Shown in pieces: positions 46,923 through 55,749 of a DNA stretch of 64,000 nt. Position numbers and translations under genes: made by a program. Where the stretch lies: positions 18,751-82,750 of the IMG/VR virus record IMGVR_UViG_3300033072_000683; one strand, 5' to 3'. Every line of letters begins with the position of its first letter. The first letter of the stretch is position 1. The stretch is from a virus. Its lineage: Duplodnaviria > Caudoviricetes. Under the pieces are notes generated by a model. That model saw nothing but the letters and a program-made list of their open reading frames with translations, was not told the DNA's origin and made no database searches.

Positions 46923-47594
46923 ATGTCATACAATAAAACAAAAACTGACCCCGAATTGGGTCGCCAAGTACACGAGCATTTGGTTAAGTGCGGTGTAGAA
47001 ACTCCAACTTTTGATACAAAGCTAGATCGCAAGGATAAGATTGATCTTATCGAAAAGCATTTTGCTGTAATCATGGAAACACTAGGGCTAGATCTTTCAG
47101 ACGACAGCCTGATGGAAACCCCGAAGCGTGTTGCCAAGATGTATGTTAATGAAGTATTTTGGGGGTTGGATTACGAGGCATTCCCGAAATGCACAGCAGT
47201 CGACAACAAAATGAAGTACGATGAAATGGTTGTTGAGCGTAACGTAAACGTTCAATCTAACTGCGAACATCACTTTGTCATTATCGACGGCCTTGCAACA
47301 GTTGCCTACATTCCAAACAAGAAGGTACTTGGCCTAAGCAAGATTAACCGAATTGTTGAATATTTCTCCAAGAGACCACAAATTCAGGAACGACTAACCG
47401 AGCAGGTCTATCATGCTCTGCAATATATTCTAGAAACAGACAATATTGCGGTTGTTATCAGCGCACAACATTTCTGCGTAAAGAGCAGAGGTGTTGAGGA
47501 TACAGGTTCGAGCACGGTTACAAGTAAGTTGGGCGGTGTGTTCAAGACCGACAACAATGTTAGAACTGAATTTATGAGATTGGTAGCAGTATGA
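46923..47594 (+). CDS. folE: GTP cyclohydrolase I
   Basis: ETPKRVAKMY, CEHH, GLSK..R, RPQIQERL, H.C…RG. Confidence 0.95.
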   Translation: MSYNKTKTDPELGRQVHEHLVKCGVETPTFDTKLDRKDKIDLIEKHFAVIMETLGLDLSDDSLMETPKRVAKMYVNEVFWGLDYEAFPKCTAVDNKMKYDEMVVERNVNVQSNCEHHFVIIDGLATVAYIPNKKVLGLSKINRIVEYFSKRPQIQERLTEQVYHALQYILETDNIAVVISAQHFCVKSRGVEDTGSSTVTSKLGGVFKTDNNVRTEFMRLVAV

Positions 47595-47956
47595 ACGAAG
47601 ATGATACATTTCGTGCTTTGGTAAAATTACCTTTTGACGAAGTGTATCAGAAGGTCGAGGAAGCATTCAAGGACAGTAATCAAGGTATTTCGCCTGTCTA
47701 TAAATTAGGTACAGTTGTAGTCGAGAGACGAACATACTATAATCCCATGGTGGTCAGGCATTATACCTTGATGAGAATTCTTGAAAAGTGTCATTGGACA
47801 TTTGACGAATTTGCACTTGCCTGCGAGAAAAAAGCAATTGTCGAACAAGTAAAAGAATACAACGATAATTTAGAATTTCCGAAAGAACTTATTGATAGGG
47901 CGCGGCAATTCTTTCCCGATCTAAAATTCACACCTGCAAAACTCGAATTGGAGTAA
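47591..47956 (+). CDS. hypothetical protein
   Basis: 121-aa ORF between folE and queD. Confidence 0.55.
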   Translation: MNEDDTFRALVKLPFDEVYQKVEEAFKDSNQGISPVYKLGTVVVERRTYYNPMVVRHYTLMRILEKCHWTFDEFALACEKKAIVEQVKEYNDNLEFPKELIDRARQFFPDLKFTPAKLELE

Positions 47957-47959
47957 AAT

Positions 47960-48463
47960 ATGGAACAAGTTAGTTACAAATATACAAGTACAAAAGAATA
48001 CCACAATGCATTTCCTTGCGCATACAGACAATGGCGTGCAGATTCGCATTGCAATTTGATTCATGGATATAGCTTCTCAATGAAGTTCTACTTTGGAACA
48101 AACGATCTTGATGTTCGTAATTGGGCTGCCGATTACGGCGGCTTGAAAGAGTTGAAGGGTATCCTCGAAGGTATGTTCGATCATACACTTTTGGTTGCTG
48201 CCGATGATCCGGAACTGGAAATGTTTAAGGAATTGGAGAAGCGTAAGATGGCAAAGCTTACAATTCTTCCAAAATTGGGATGCGAAGGACTTGCTGATAT
48301 GCTCTATAAGTATATCAACGGTGTCTATATCCCCGACATGTGGGGCGAAGGCGAAGCAAAGAGACTTTGGTGCTACAAAGTTGAAGTTAGAGAAACTATT
48401 TCTAATATGGCTTTCCGCGAAGGCCACAGGGAATGGAACGAAGATCTACTTCTTGAGTTCTGA
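47960..48463 (+). CDS. queD: 6-carboxy-tetrahydropterin synthase / PTPS family
   Basis: CNLIHGYS, DYGGLK, FDHTLL, EGLA, VRET. Confidence 0.88.
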   Translation: MEQVSYKYTSTKEYHNAFPCAYRQWRADSHCNLIHGYSFSMKFYFGTNDLDVRNWAADYGGLKELKGILEGMFDHTLLVAADDPELEMFKELEKRKMAKLTILPKLGCEGLADMLYKYINGVYIPDMWGEGEAKRLWCYKVEVRETISNMAFREGHREWNEDLLLEF

Positions 48464-48465
48464 TT

Positions 48466-48732
48466 ATGTCCAAGGTAGAGAAAGTAGTAAAACCTTCCGA
48501 AGGATTGGTAGGGTTCTTACATACAGTCGAATATGATAAGGACTCGATTCTTGTCTTTCAGTTGCCGAGAGAAACAAAAATGCTAAGTGATAATTATGTG
48601 CAAGGAGCACTAAAATCACTTAGAGAAATTCTACCGGACGGTAAGAAGGCTATTGTTATTGGTGCTCATGTAAATATCTATTCAATTGCCGGAGAGGAAG
48701 CAACCGCTCTTATTTTGAAGGGATTGATCTGA
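48466..48732 (+). CDS. small hypothetical protein
   Basis: 88-aa ORF. Confidence 0.55.
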   Translation: MSKVEKVVKPSEGLVGFLHTVEYDKDSILVFQLPRETKMLSDNYVQGALKSLREILPDGKKAIVIGAHVNIYSIAGEEATALILKGLI

Positions 48733-48745
48733 AGCTAAATAATAG

Positions 48746-50389
48746 ATGCCCTTAGCTATTTTAACTCTACTCTCAGCCTTATCTTTGGCTGCCGTTGCTG
48801 GTTGGTTTTCGATTGTCGGTTTTATGGCAATCTATGCCGGCGCACCGATGTATGCACTTATCATGGGTGTCGTTACAGAATGCGCTAAATTGGTAACCAC
48901 AAGTTGGCTCTACCGAAACTGGAAATACGCAGGCTGGGGATTAAAGGCTCCTCTACTATATTTTACGATTGCGCTGATGACTGCTACCAGTATCGGCGTT
49001 TTCGGCTTTCTTTCAAAGGCTCACATCGAGCAAGGTGCAGATAAGATTGACAACTCTGCAAAGATTGAAAGCTTAAACTATCAAATCAATCGTGAGAAAG
49101 GTATCATTGCTGATAACGAAAAGGTTATTGCTCAACTTGATACCACCGTGAACTCCCTACTTGGAAAAGATCGTGCTGACAGAGCACTTGCAGTTAGAAA
49201 GAGTCAGATGGCTCAACGTAAACAATTGCAGGATGATAGTGCAGCAGCACAGAAAAGAATCGACGAACTGAGCAAAGAAAAGTTTACACTCGAATCCGAA
49301 GTTAGAAAACTTCAACTCGATGTAGGTCCCATCCGTTATATTGCCGAATTAATCTATGGCGTAGAAGAAAATGCCAATAAGAATATTGAGGCAGCGGTAA
49401 GAATCTTTACCTTGTTGATAGTCTCGACACTTGACCCTCTTGCCGTTATATTGTTGATTGCGGCAAATCATACTCTTTTAAGGTTGCGACGTGAGAAAGA
49501 AGAAGCAAAAATTCAGAAGTCGCCCAACATCCTTCCAGAAGTTAATGAACCGCCATCATTCGCCGATAACAAAATCGGAAGTGAAGAGATTAAGGTTTAT
49601 ACTGAGAATGGTCCCGAACATGGCATTCCTTTTACGGAGAGAAATCCTCAGGAAGAAAAAACCTTTCCTCAGACGATTTTTCCGGAAATTGTTGAACCTG
49701 TAAATGAAGACAAAGAAAACTTGGTTCTTGCTGAGGTCGAAACCACTAGGGTCGATGCGCCGGTCTCCGTCGCTGATGAAGAAGTTTCGACGGATTCGTC
49801 TAAAGAAGAAAGTAACACTGTCCTTCCCGAACGTGAGTCTGAAACCAGCGTGGAAGAGGCATTACCGCCCGGAATGTTAGATGAGATTAAAAACACAACA
49901 TTGGCGAAATTTCTCGCTTCCAGAGGAACTGCACCGGTCCCCGTCGTTCGTTCACCGAGCATTACACTCGTATCAAGGGAAGAAATACAAGCCCCTGCCG
50001 AGCCCGCCGAGGAAATTCCCGCAGTGGAAGAGAAAAAGGAAATTCATAATAGTCAGGGGTCGGTAACACCTTGGGCACAACAAGAAACAGTGCTAAGAGA
50101 ACTCTTAGGAACTACACCACATTTTACTCCAGTAAGAATTAATGAAGAAAACAAAGCTCACAACATGGAAGAATCGGCGAGACCGAAAGAAGGTGTTGAA
50201 GCTGCGACGCAGACCGGGCTACAGGAAGAGAGTACCGTTGAAAAGGTACATACCGAAACATCGTCCCAAGATCAAACAACGGAAAACATTGCGACGGAAA
50301 CTGATGTCGGGAATAATAGGGATACCAATAGTGCCGCGGATAAGTATCCAAAAGCCCTAGGTTGGATCAACGAGTTCAGAGGTAATTGA
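48746..50389 (+). CDS. multi-TM coiled-coil membrane protein with long acidic disordered tail
   Basis: Three N-terminal TM segments, coiled coil, fourth TM (DPLAVILL). Confidence 0.7.
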   Translation: MPLAILTLLSALSLAAVAGWFSIVGFMAIYAGAPMYALIMGVVTECAKLVTTSWLYRNWKYAGWGLKAPLLYFTIALMTATSIGVFGFLSKAHIEQGADKIDNSAKIESLNYQINREKGIIADNEKVIAQLDTTVNSLLGKDRADRALAVRKSQMAQRKQLQDDSAAAQKRIDELSKEKFTLESEVRKLQLDVGPIRYIAELIYGVEENANKNIEAAVRIFTLLIVSTLDPLAVILLIAANHTLLRLRREKEEAKIQKSPNILPEVNEPPSFADNKIGSEEIKVYTENGPEHGIPFTERNPQEEKTFPQTIFPEIVEPVNEDKENLVLAEVETTRVDAPVSVADEEVSTDSSKEESNTVLPERESETSVEEALPPGMLDEIKNTTLAKFLASRGTAPVPVVRSPSITLVSREEIQAPAEPAEEIPAVEEKKEIHNSQGSVTPWAQQETVLRELLGTTPHFTPVRINEENKAHNMEESARPKEGVEAATQTGLQEESTVEKVHTETSSQDQTTENIATETDVGNNRDTNSAADKYPKALGWINEFRGN

Positions 50390-50390
50390 T

Positions 50391-51632
50391 ATGAGTGAAG
50401 ATACAGGCGTAAAGAAGATCATTAACTGCTCATTCTGCGGTAAAGGAAGGCACCAAGTAGAACAGATGATCGAGGGTCCTGTTCTTAATGGAAGCAATAT
50501 CTACATATGCAATGAATGTGTAGATGTAACATACGAAATTCTTCATACCGACGAGGATGAAGTAAAGACTCCGAAGAAAAAGAAAGAAAAAATTCTAACA
50601 CCGGAGCAAATTAAAGCTCATCTTGACGAATATATTATTTCACAGGATGATGCAAAGAAAGCAATTTCTGTTGCTGTCTATAATCATTATAAGCGCATCT
50701 TCAATAAAGACAAGAAAGATGCTACAGAAATTGAAAAATCAAATTTGTTGATGGTTGGACCTAGTGGTAGTGGCAAGACACTTACCATTAAGACAATTGC
50801 CAAACTGTTCGATCTACCTTATGTGATTGCTGATGCAACATCATTAACCGAAGCAGGATATGTGGGTGAGGATGTTGATAGTCTTGTAAAGAAACTTATC
50901 CACAATGCCGGCGACGATCTCGAAAGAGCACAGCACGGCATTATCTTTATCGACGAGATTGATAAGAAAAGTAAGAAGAATGAGTCTGCAACGGTAAGCC
51001 GTGATGTGTCGGGCGAAGGCGTTCAACAATCTTTACTAAAACTCATTGAAGGGACAGTATTAAAGATTGACGATGATATGGGCGATACCGTCGACTTTGA
51101 TACAAAAGACATCCTATTCATTTGCAGTGGTGCATTCGTCGGTCTAGACGATATCATAAGAAAGAACAGAAGCAAGACTGCTATCGGCATCAACGCCACA
51201 TTAAACACCAAAACCTCGTTTTCCCAAACAGTCAAATCGGCTACACCTGAAGACTTTATCAAATACGGTCTAATTCCTGAATTCGTTGGCCGTTGCCCTG
51301 TTGTAGTGGTGTTTGATGATCTAACAAATGATATGATTCTTCGTGTTCTAAAAGAGCCAAAGAACAGTATTGTCAGCCAGTTTAAGTCGCTTTTCAAATA
51401 TGAAGGCGTTACTTTGGACTTTGACGATAAATACCTACTGAATGTAGCTGACGAATGTCTGAAGCAGAAGATCGGTGCAAGAGGGTTGCGTGCGATTATG
51501 GAAAAGCATCTTCAGGAAACACAGTTTGTCCTACCAAGACTAGCAAAGGAAGGAGTCAACAAGATTTTTGTTGATGCAAATGGTACAATTAAACATGTTT
51601 ACAAGGCAAAGAAACGAGCACACAATGAGTAG
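50391..51632 (+). CDS. clpX: ClpX AAA+ unfoldase
   Basis: Zn domain CSFC…CNEC, GPSGSGKT, GYVG, DEID, RDVSGEGVQQ, GARGLR. Confidence 0.93.
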   Translation: MSEDTGVKKIINCSFCGKGRHQVEQMIEGPVLNGSNIYICNECVDVTYEILHTDEDEVKTPKKKKEKILTPEQIKAHLDEYIISQDDAKKAISVAVYNHYKRIFNKDKKDATEIEKSNLLMVGPSGSGKTLTIKTIAKLFDLPYVIADATSLTEAGYVGEDVDSLVKKLIHNAGDDLERAQHGIIFIDEIDKKSKKNESATVSRDVSGEGVQQSLLKLIEGTVLKIDDDMGDTVDFDTKDILFICSGAFVGLDDIIRKNRSKTAIGINATLNTKTSFSQTVKSATPEDFIKYGLIPEFVGRCPVVVVFDDLTNDMILRVLKEPKNSIVSQFKSLFKYEGVTLDFDDKYLLNVADECLKQKIGARGLRAIMEKHLQETQFVLPRLAKEGVNKIFVDANGTIKHVYKAKKRAHNE

Positions 51633-51882
51633 ATATAGAGATGGCAGAAAGCCGCGAGGCTTAACGGTTGAAGTCAGAAACGATGACTTCGGTAGAGCAC
51701 TACGTACTTTCAGTAAGAAAGTGCAAGATTCGGGAATCCTGAAAGAAGTAAGGGACCGAATGGCCTACGAACCACCTGCTGTTGAAAGGCAAAGACTCAA
51801 GAAGCAGGCTCGTAAGCGTTGGGAGCGCACAGTCGAAGAAATGATTGCCATGGGACATTGGCATAAAGACAAGCGTTACTAA
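51625..51882 (+). CDS. rpsU: ribosomal protein bS21
   Basis: VEVRNDDFGRALRTFSKKVQDSGILKEVRDRMAYEPP…KQARKR. Confidence 0.85.
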   Translation: MSRYRDGRKPRGLTVEVRNDDFGRALRTFSKKVQDSGILKEVRDRMAYEPPAVERQRLKKQARKRWERTVEEMIAMGHWHKDKRY

Positions 51883-51895
51883 TTTTGCAATATCG

Positions 51896-51938
51896 TTGAC
51901 TCTTGCACACAAGCCCGCTATAATGCGGGCTTTCGTTT
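51896..51938 (+). promoter_or_regulatory. sigma70 promoter TTGACT-N17-TATAAT whose -10 box is the loop of a terminator-like hairpin
   Basis: AAGCCCGC-TATAAT-GCGGGCTT-TCGTTT. Confidence 0.8.
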
Positions 51939-52106
51939 ATCCGAACTTGACTTTTGTAACAGAATGCATTACAGTACGATTATGCGCTGACACAGAGACA
52001 CTTGTAGTCTGGTGCATCGGACTACAAATGTTCGTCAGTTCTTTGTGTATATAAGCTAGATGGGCTAGTTTGGTACAACGAGTTTGATCAAATCAAGGAA
52101 AAACAA

Positions 52107-53032
52107 ATGAAAAAGACTTTTATTGCAATGGCCGCTATGCTGGTCGCTGACGCCGCCTTTGCTACGCAACCGGTAGCGTCGTTGGCAATGCCTCGTCGCA
52201 AGTTGCTGGTGGTACCAGCTCGTTCTCGGTTGTGAACGGTGTGAACGGCATGGCTGCTCATGGTTCTGTAGCTACCGCTGAAAACTGCACCACGGTTGTT
52301 GGTATTTCTCGTCCCGGTACCGATGGTGCTATCGCTGGCACCGGTGCTGTTACTGTCGGTAGGACCTTTACTGCTGTTGGCGGTGTTGGTTCTGGCAGTG
52401 CTTATGCCGGCGCCCAACAATTTGGTATGGGCACTGTTACCTCGACGGCAAATGTTGCTGGTAATGCAACCGGTCAGGTTGTTGCAACCTCGACTGTTGC
52501 TACCGGTACCTTCTCTACTGCAAGCTTGGATGGTGCAGGCTCGGCTGTTAGCGGTTCGATGGGCGGTGCAGCCAACGTGTCGTATGCACTTGCCGGTTCC
52601 AACGCTATCCCCGGCGGTGTTTCGGTTCGTACCGAAGGCATGACAGCCGGTGTTGATGGTGTCAAGACTTTCAGCAATTCGGTTGTTGGCAATGCCACAG
52701 TCGATGCTGGAGGCACCCTGACCGTCGGCGAAACCACCGGTGTCGGTTCGTTCCAGAGCGGTTCGTTCAGTGCCAATATCGTCCGCAATTTCACTGTTAC
52801 AACCAACGGTGTTGGTGGCCCTAGCGGCTGTGTCGGTGGCAGTAGCTCTTGCGGTAATGGCGGCGGTGACGACGGTGGCGACGGTGGCGACAAGCCGAAG
52901 GGACCGAAGGGCAACAATGGCTACGGCAATGGAGATCAGGGCGCACCTGGTAACAGTGGCGGAAATAACAATGCCGAAAACGGTTCCCAAGGCGGAAATG
53001 GTTCGAACGGCAAGCCACGCAAGCCTAACTAA
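52107..53032 (+). pseudogene. secreted Gly/Ala/Ser/Thr-rich protein, frameshifted after the signal peptide
   Basis: MKKTFIAMAAMLVADAAFA frame stops at 52235; the body (TGSVVGNASSQ…) is one base out of frame near 52165. Confidence 0.65.
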
Positions 53033-53040
53033 AAAGGATT

Positions 53041-53064
53041 GAATGGGGCAATTTTGCCCCATTC
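53041..53064 (+). terminator. hairpin after the secreted-protein gene (no clear U-tract)
   Basis: GAATGGGGCAA-TT-TTGCCCCATTC. Confidence 0.55.
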
Positions 53065-53082
53065 CTACACAAAGGAAAACAC

Positions 53083-53736
53083 ATGAAGAAGATTTTCGTA
53101 ATTGCTTCAATGTTGGTTGGTGTGTCTGCTTTTGCACAGACCACCACTCAGTCAACAAGTTGCCCGAATGGCGCAACAACCTGTGCAGGTGCCACATCTG
53201 CTTCGGGGTCTAGTGCTTCAAACCAGGGCCAAGGAAACGGTAACAACCTTACCGCTCCTGTAACTGTAACGATCACTCAACCTGCTGCCGAACAACGTGA
53301 ACTGACACGCTCGATTGTGGAAACTACCGGTCGTTAAGAAATTGTGCAATCTGGTACTACTACACTGAAGAATGTGCCATCGGTAAACGGTCCTCCGCTG
53401 GTTTCGTCTAACGATACCTGCATGGGCTCGGCCTCGGGTGCGGTAAACGGTCCTGGGTTCGGTATTGCTCTTGGCAAGACCTACAAGGATGATAACTGCA
53501 TTATGCTAAAGAATAGCCGTGAACTCTGGAATATGGGTATGAAGGCTGCTGCATTGGCATTGATGTGTAAGGATGCAGATAACCGCGAAGCTCTTGAGCT
53601 CACTGGTTTCACCTGCCCGCAGACTGCAAAGGCACAAGCTGACGTAAAGAAGTCCGCTGCGGTTCAATCCCCGGAATACACCGATCCTATTGTTCGTGCT
53701 CGTTTGGGACTTCCACCTCTAGAAGCAGCTAAATAA
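53083..53736 (+). pseudogene. secreted Cys-containing protein split by an in-frame TAA (53335-53337)
   Basis: ORFs 53083..53337 and 53344..53736 are in the same frame; the second has no clear SD. Confidence 0.65.
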
Positions 53737-53761
53737 GCCGACTAACACCTAAGGAGGCTTT

Positions 53762-54187
53762 ATGAAGAAATTGATTCTAGCAGTAACCCTTGCAGGTATT
53801 GCAGGAATTGTATCCGCGCAGGATGTTACAGTGTCGAGAGAAAATCTTGGCTCTGGAACCCCGGGATTTACGGGTCTGGAAAATACTACCCAATGGGATA
53901 ATAATATTTTCCATGCACCACAGTATATGCCTGGCTATCCGACTGCTGCTGTTCTATATCCTCGCGTGGTAGAAGTGCCTTGCGAAAGAAAGGACGGTAA
54001 GTTGGAGTGCAAAGGATACAATTGGCTGCCTAAACTCGGCCGTGGAGAATATTTGATGATTAAGCCGGTGGTAATCGAAGCTCAAAAGCCACAGATTATT
54101 ACTAACACAGTCATCAAAGAAGTTCCGGGGCCCGAGCGTATCCGAGAAGTGTACATTGAAGTACCTGTGAAGAAGAAAGGCGAATAA
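53762..54187 (+). CDS. secreted/periplasmic hypothetical protein
   Basis: Sec signal MKKLILAVTLAGIAGIVSA, Cys pair. Confidence 0.75.
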   Translation: MKKLILAVTLAGIAGIVSAQDVTVSRENLGSGTPGFTGLENTTQWDNNIFHAPQYMPGYPTAAVLYPRVVEVPCERKDGKLECKGYNWLPKLGRGEYLMIKPVVIEAQKPQIITNTVIKEVPGPERIREVYIEVPVKKKGE

Positions 54188-54197
54188 TTCGCAACAC

Positions 54198-54224
54198 AAA
54201 AGGCTGGCTAATAACCAGCCTTTT
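54198..54224. terminator. intrinsic terminator (possibly bidirectional)
   Basis: AAAAGGCTGG-CTAATAA-CCAGCCTTTT. Confidence 0.8.
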
Positions 54225-54232
54225 CTACGAAC

Positions 54233-54598
54233 ATGACATCCGTAATTGTTTCAATTGCATTAGCTACAATCTGCTTTACTTATCAAGGAACGGAAGAGTG
54301 CCATCCTGTGTTGTTAGGCAAAAATATTCCTACTCCTGTTGGAGAGTTTGACATGCGTAAGCGGCTAACAAAGGACCCGGGATATGGTGGAGATGTTATA
54401 CAATTCCACCAAAATAAAGACATGGTCTTTGCGATACACCGCGTGTGGCTGCTAAAGCCCGAACAGCGTCGTATTGACCGGTTAAAGAGTTCAAATATTC
54501 AAGATAGATATATTAGTTCCGGGTGTATTAATCTTATGCCCGAAATATATGACAGGTTAATGGATTGCTGCATTGACCAGAAATTAGTTGTCAGATAA
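54233..54598 (+). CDS. minimal L,D-transpeptidase (YkuD-like) domain
   Basis: PTPVGEF, FAIH, ISSGCINL; hydrophobic N-terminus. Confidence 0.7.
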   Translation: MTSVIVSIALATICFTYQGTEECHPVLLGKNIPTPVGEFDMRKRLTKDPGYGGDVIQFHQNKDMVFAIHRVWLLKPEQRRIDRLKSSNIQDRYISSGCINLMPEIYDRLMDCCIDQKLVVR

Positions 54599-54614
54599 TT
54601 TCTTTAAGTAGGAG

Positions 54615-54649
54615 CATAAATATGCGAAACACAGGAGGTTTCGCATATG
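54615..54649 (+). promoter_or_regulatory. late promoter CATAAATA overlapping an 11-bp hairpin covering SD and ATG
   Basis: ATATGCGAAAC-ACAGGAG-GTTTCGCATAT. Confidence 0.8.
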
Positions 54650-55648
54650 AAGAAACGTGCTCTTATCGTAGGCATCAACTATGTCGGTACAGGTAACGAC
54701 TTAAAGGGATGCATCAATGATGCTAATAATGTAAACGAGTTTCTAAAATCTCAAGGGTTCGATGATATAAAACTCGTTCTTGAACAAGAAGCTACTACTG
54801 CCGGTATTAAAGCTGGGCTTGAATGGCTTGTCTCGGGCGCACAACCCGGCGATATGTTATATTTCCACTATAGTGGTCATGGTTCACAGCTTCCGTCTAA
54901 GATTGAAACAGATGGTTTTGAAGAAATCATCTGTCCGTTTGACCTTAATTGGAGAGATAAGGTAATTACCGATGACACTCTAAGGCAAATTTTCAATAAA
55001 GTCCCCGGTGGAGTTAATACGACATTATTCCTGGATTGTTGTCATTCAGGAACTATGTTAGACCAGACACAATCTTTGGCTGAAACAAGAGACCTACAAG
55101 CGAAACCAAAGAAAACAAGAAAGAAAAAAGATTCTCGCTATCTAAAGCCGCCTGCAAGTGTATTAAAGAAGCTTGCTGACCGTGAATTGGTAGATTGGCA
55201 GACATCAAAGGATGTTAATAAAGATGCTCTATTGATTGCAGGGTGTCAAGAAAATCAAACTTCCGCCGATGCATTCATCGATGGTACATATCAGGGCGCC
55301 GCTACCGCATCTATGCTAAAAATTATGAAATCTTCGCCGGGACAAACATATAAGAGTTTGGTTGAAGAGATGCGAGATTTCATGAAGAGAAATGGATATA
55401 GTCAAATTCCCGACCTCGATGGTTCGCCTGCACTTTATGATACTAAATTCTTGCAACCTTTCTTTACGGAGGTGCCACCAGTTGCGGAAGAGATTGTTTC
55501 TCCGGAGCCGGTAGTGGTTGAACCACCTGCTCAAGATCCTGTAGAATTGCCTGTAACACAAGACGATAGCAAAAAAGATTCCAATAAGACATTAATTATT
55601 GCTGCCGTTGTTGTTGCTTTAATTCTGTTCGTTCTTTTTGCTGGTTAA
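54647..55648 (+). CDS. metacaspase (peptidase C14) with C-terminal membrane anchor
   Basis: ALIVGINY, LKGCINDA, HYSGHG (His), DCCHSG (Cys), Pro-rich linker, terminal TM helix. Confidence 0.92.
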   Translation: MKKRALIVGINYVGTGNDLKGCINDANNVNEFLKSQGFDDIKLVLEQEATTAGIKAGLEWLVSGAQPGDMLYFHYSGHGSQLPSKIETDGFEEIICPFDLNWRDKVITDDTLRQIFNKVPGGVNTTLFLDCCHSGTMLDQTQSLAETRDLQAKPKKTRKKKDSRYLKPPASVLKKLADRELVDWQTSKDVNKDALLIAGCQENQTSADAFIDGTYQGAATASMLKIMKSSPGQTYKSLVEEMRDFMKRNGYSQIPDLDGSPALYDTKFLQPFFTEVPPVAEEIVSPEPVVVEPPAQDPVELPVTQDDSKKDSNKTLIIAAVVVALILFVLFAG

Positions 55649-55658
55649 AAAGAACGAC

Positions 55659-55666
55659 GGTAAATA
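55659..55666 (+). promoter_or_regulatory. late promoter variant GGTAAATA
   Basis: Immediately upstream of the sHsp leader. Confidence 0.55.
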
Positions 55667-55670
55667 GTTT

Positions 55671-55749
55671 TGCAGCACGCTCATGGTGAGGTGCTGCATT
55701 TAGCGGTGTTATCCGCATTTTAACTTGCTTAAAAAGGAGTAAAACTATG
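55671..55749 (+). ncRNA. ROSE-like RNA thermometer in the sHsp 5' UTR
   Basis: Two upstream hairpins, then ACUUGCUU pairing AAGGAGU with a bulged G (UYGCU motif). Confidence 0.75.

Noticed and set aside
52088-53197. 369-aa minus-strand ORF
   Set aside because: Shadow of the Gly/Ala/Thr-rich plus-strand gene, which has the SD and signal peptide.
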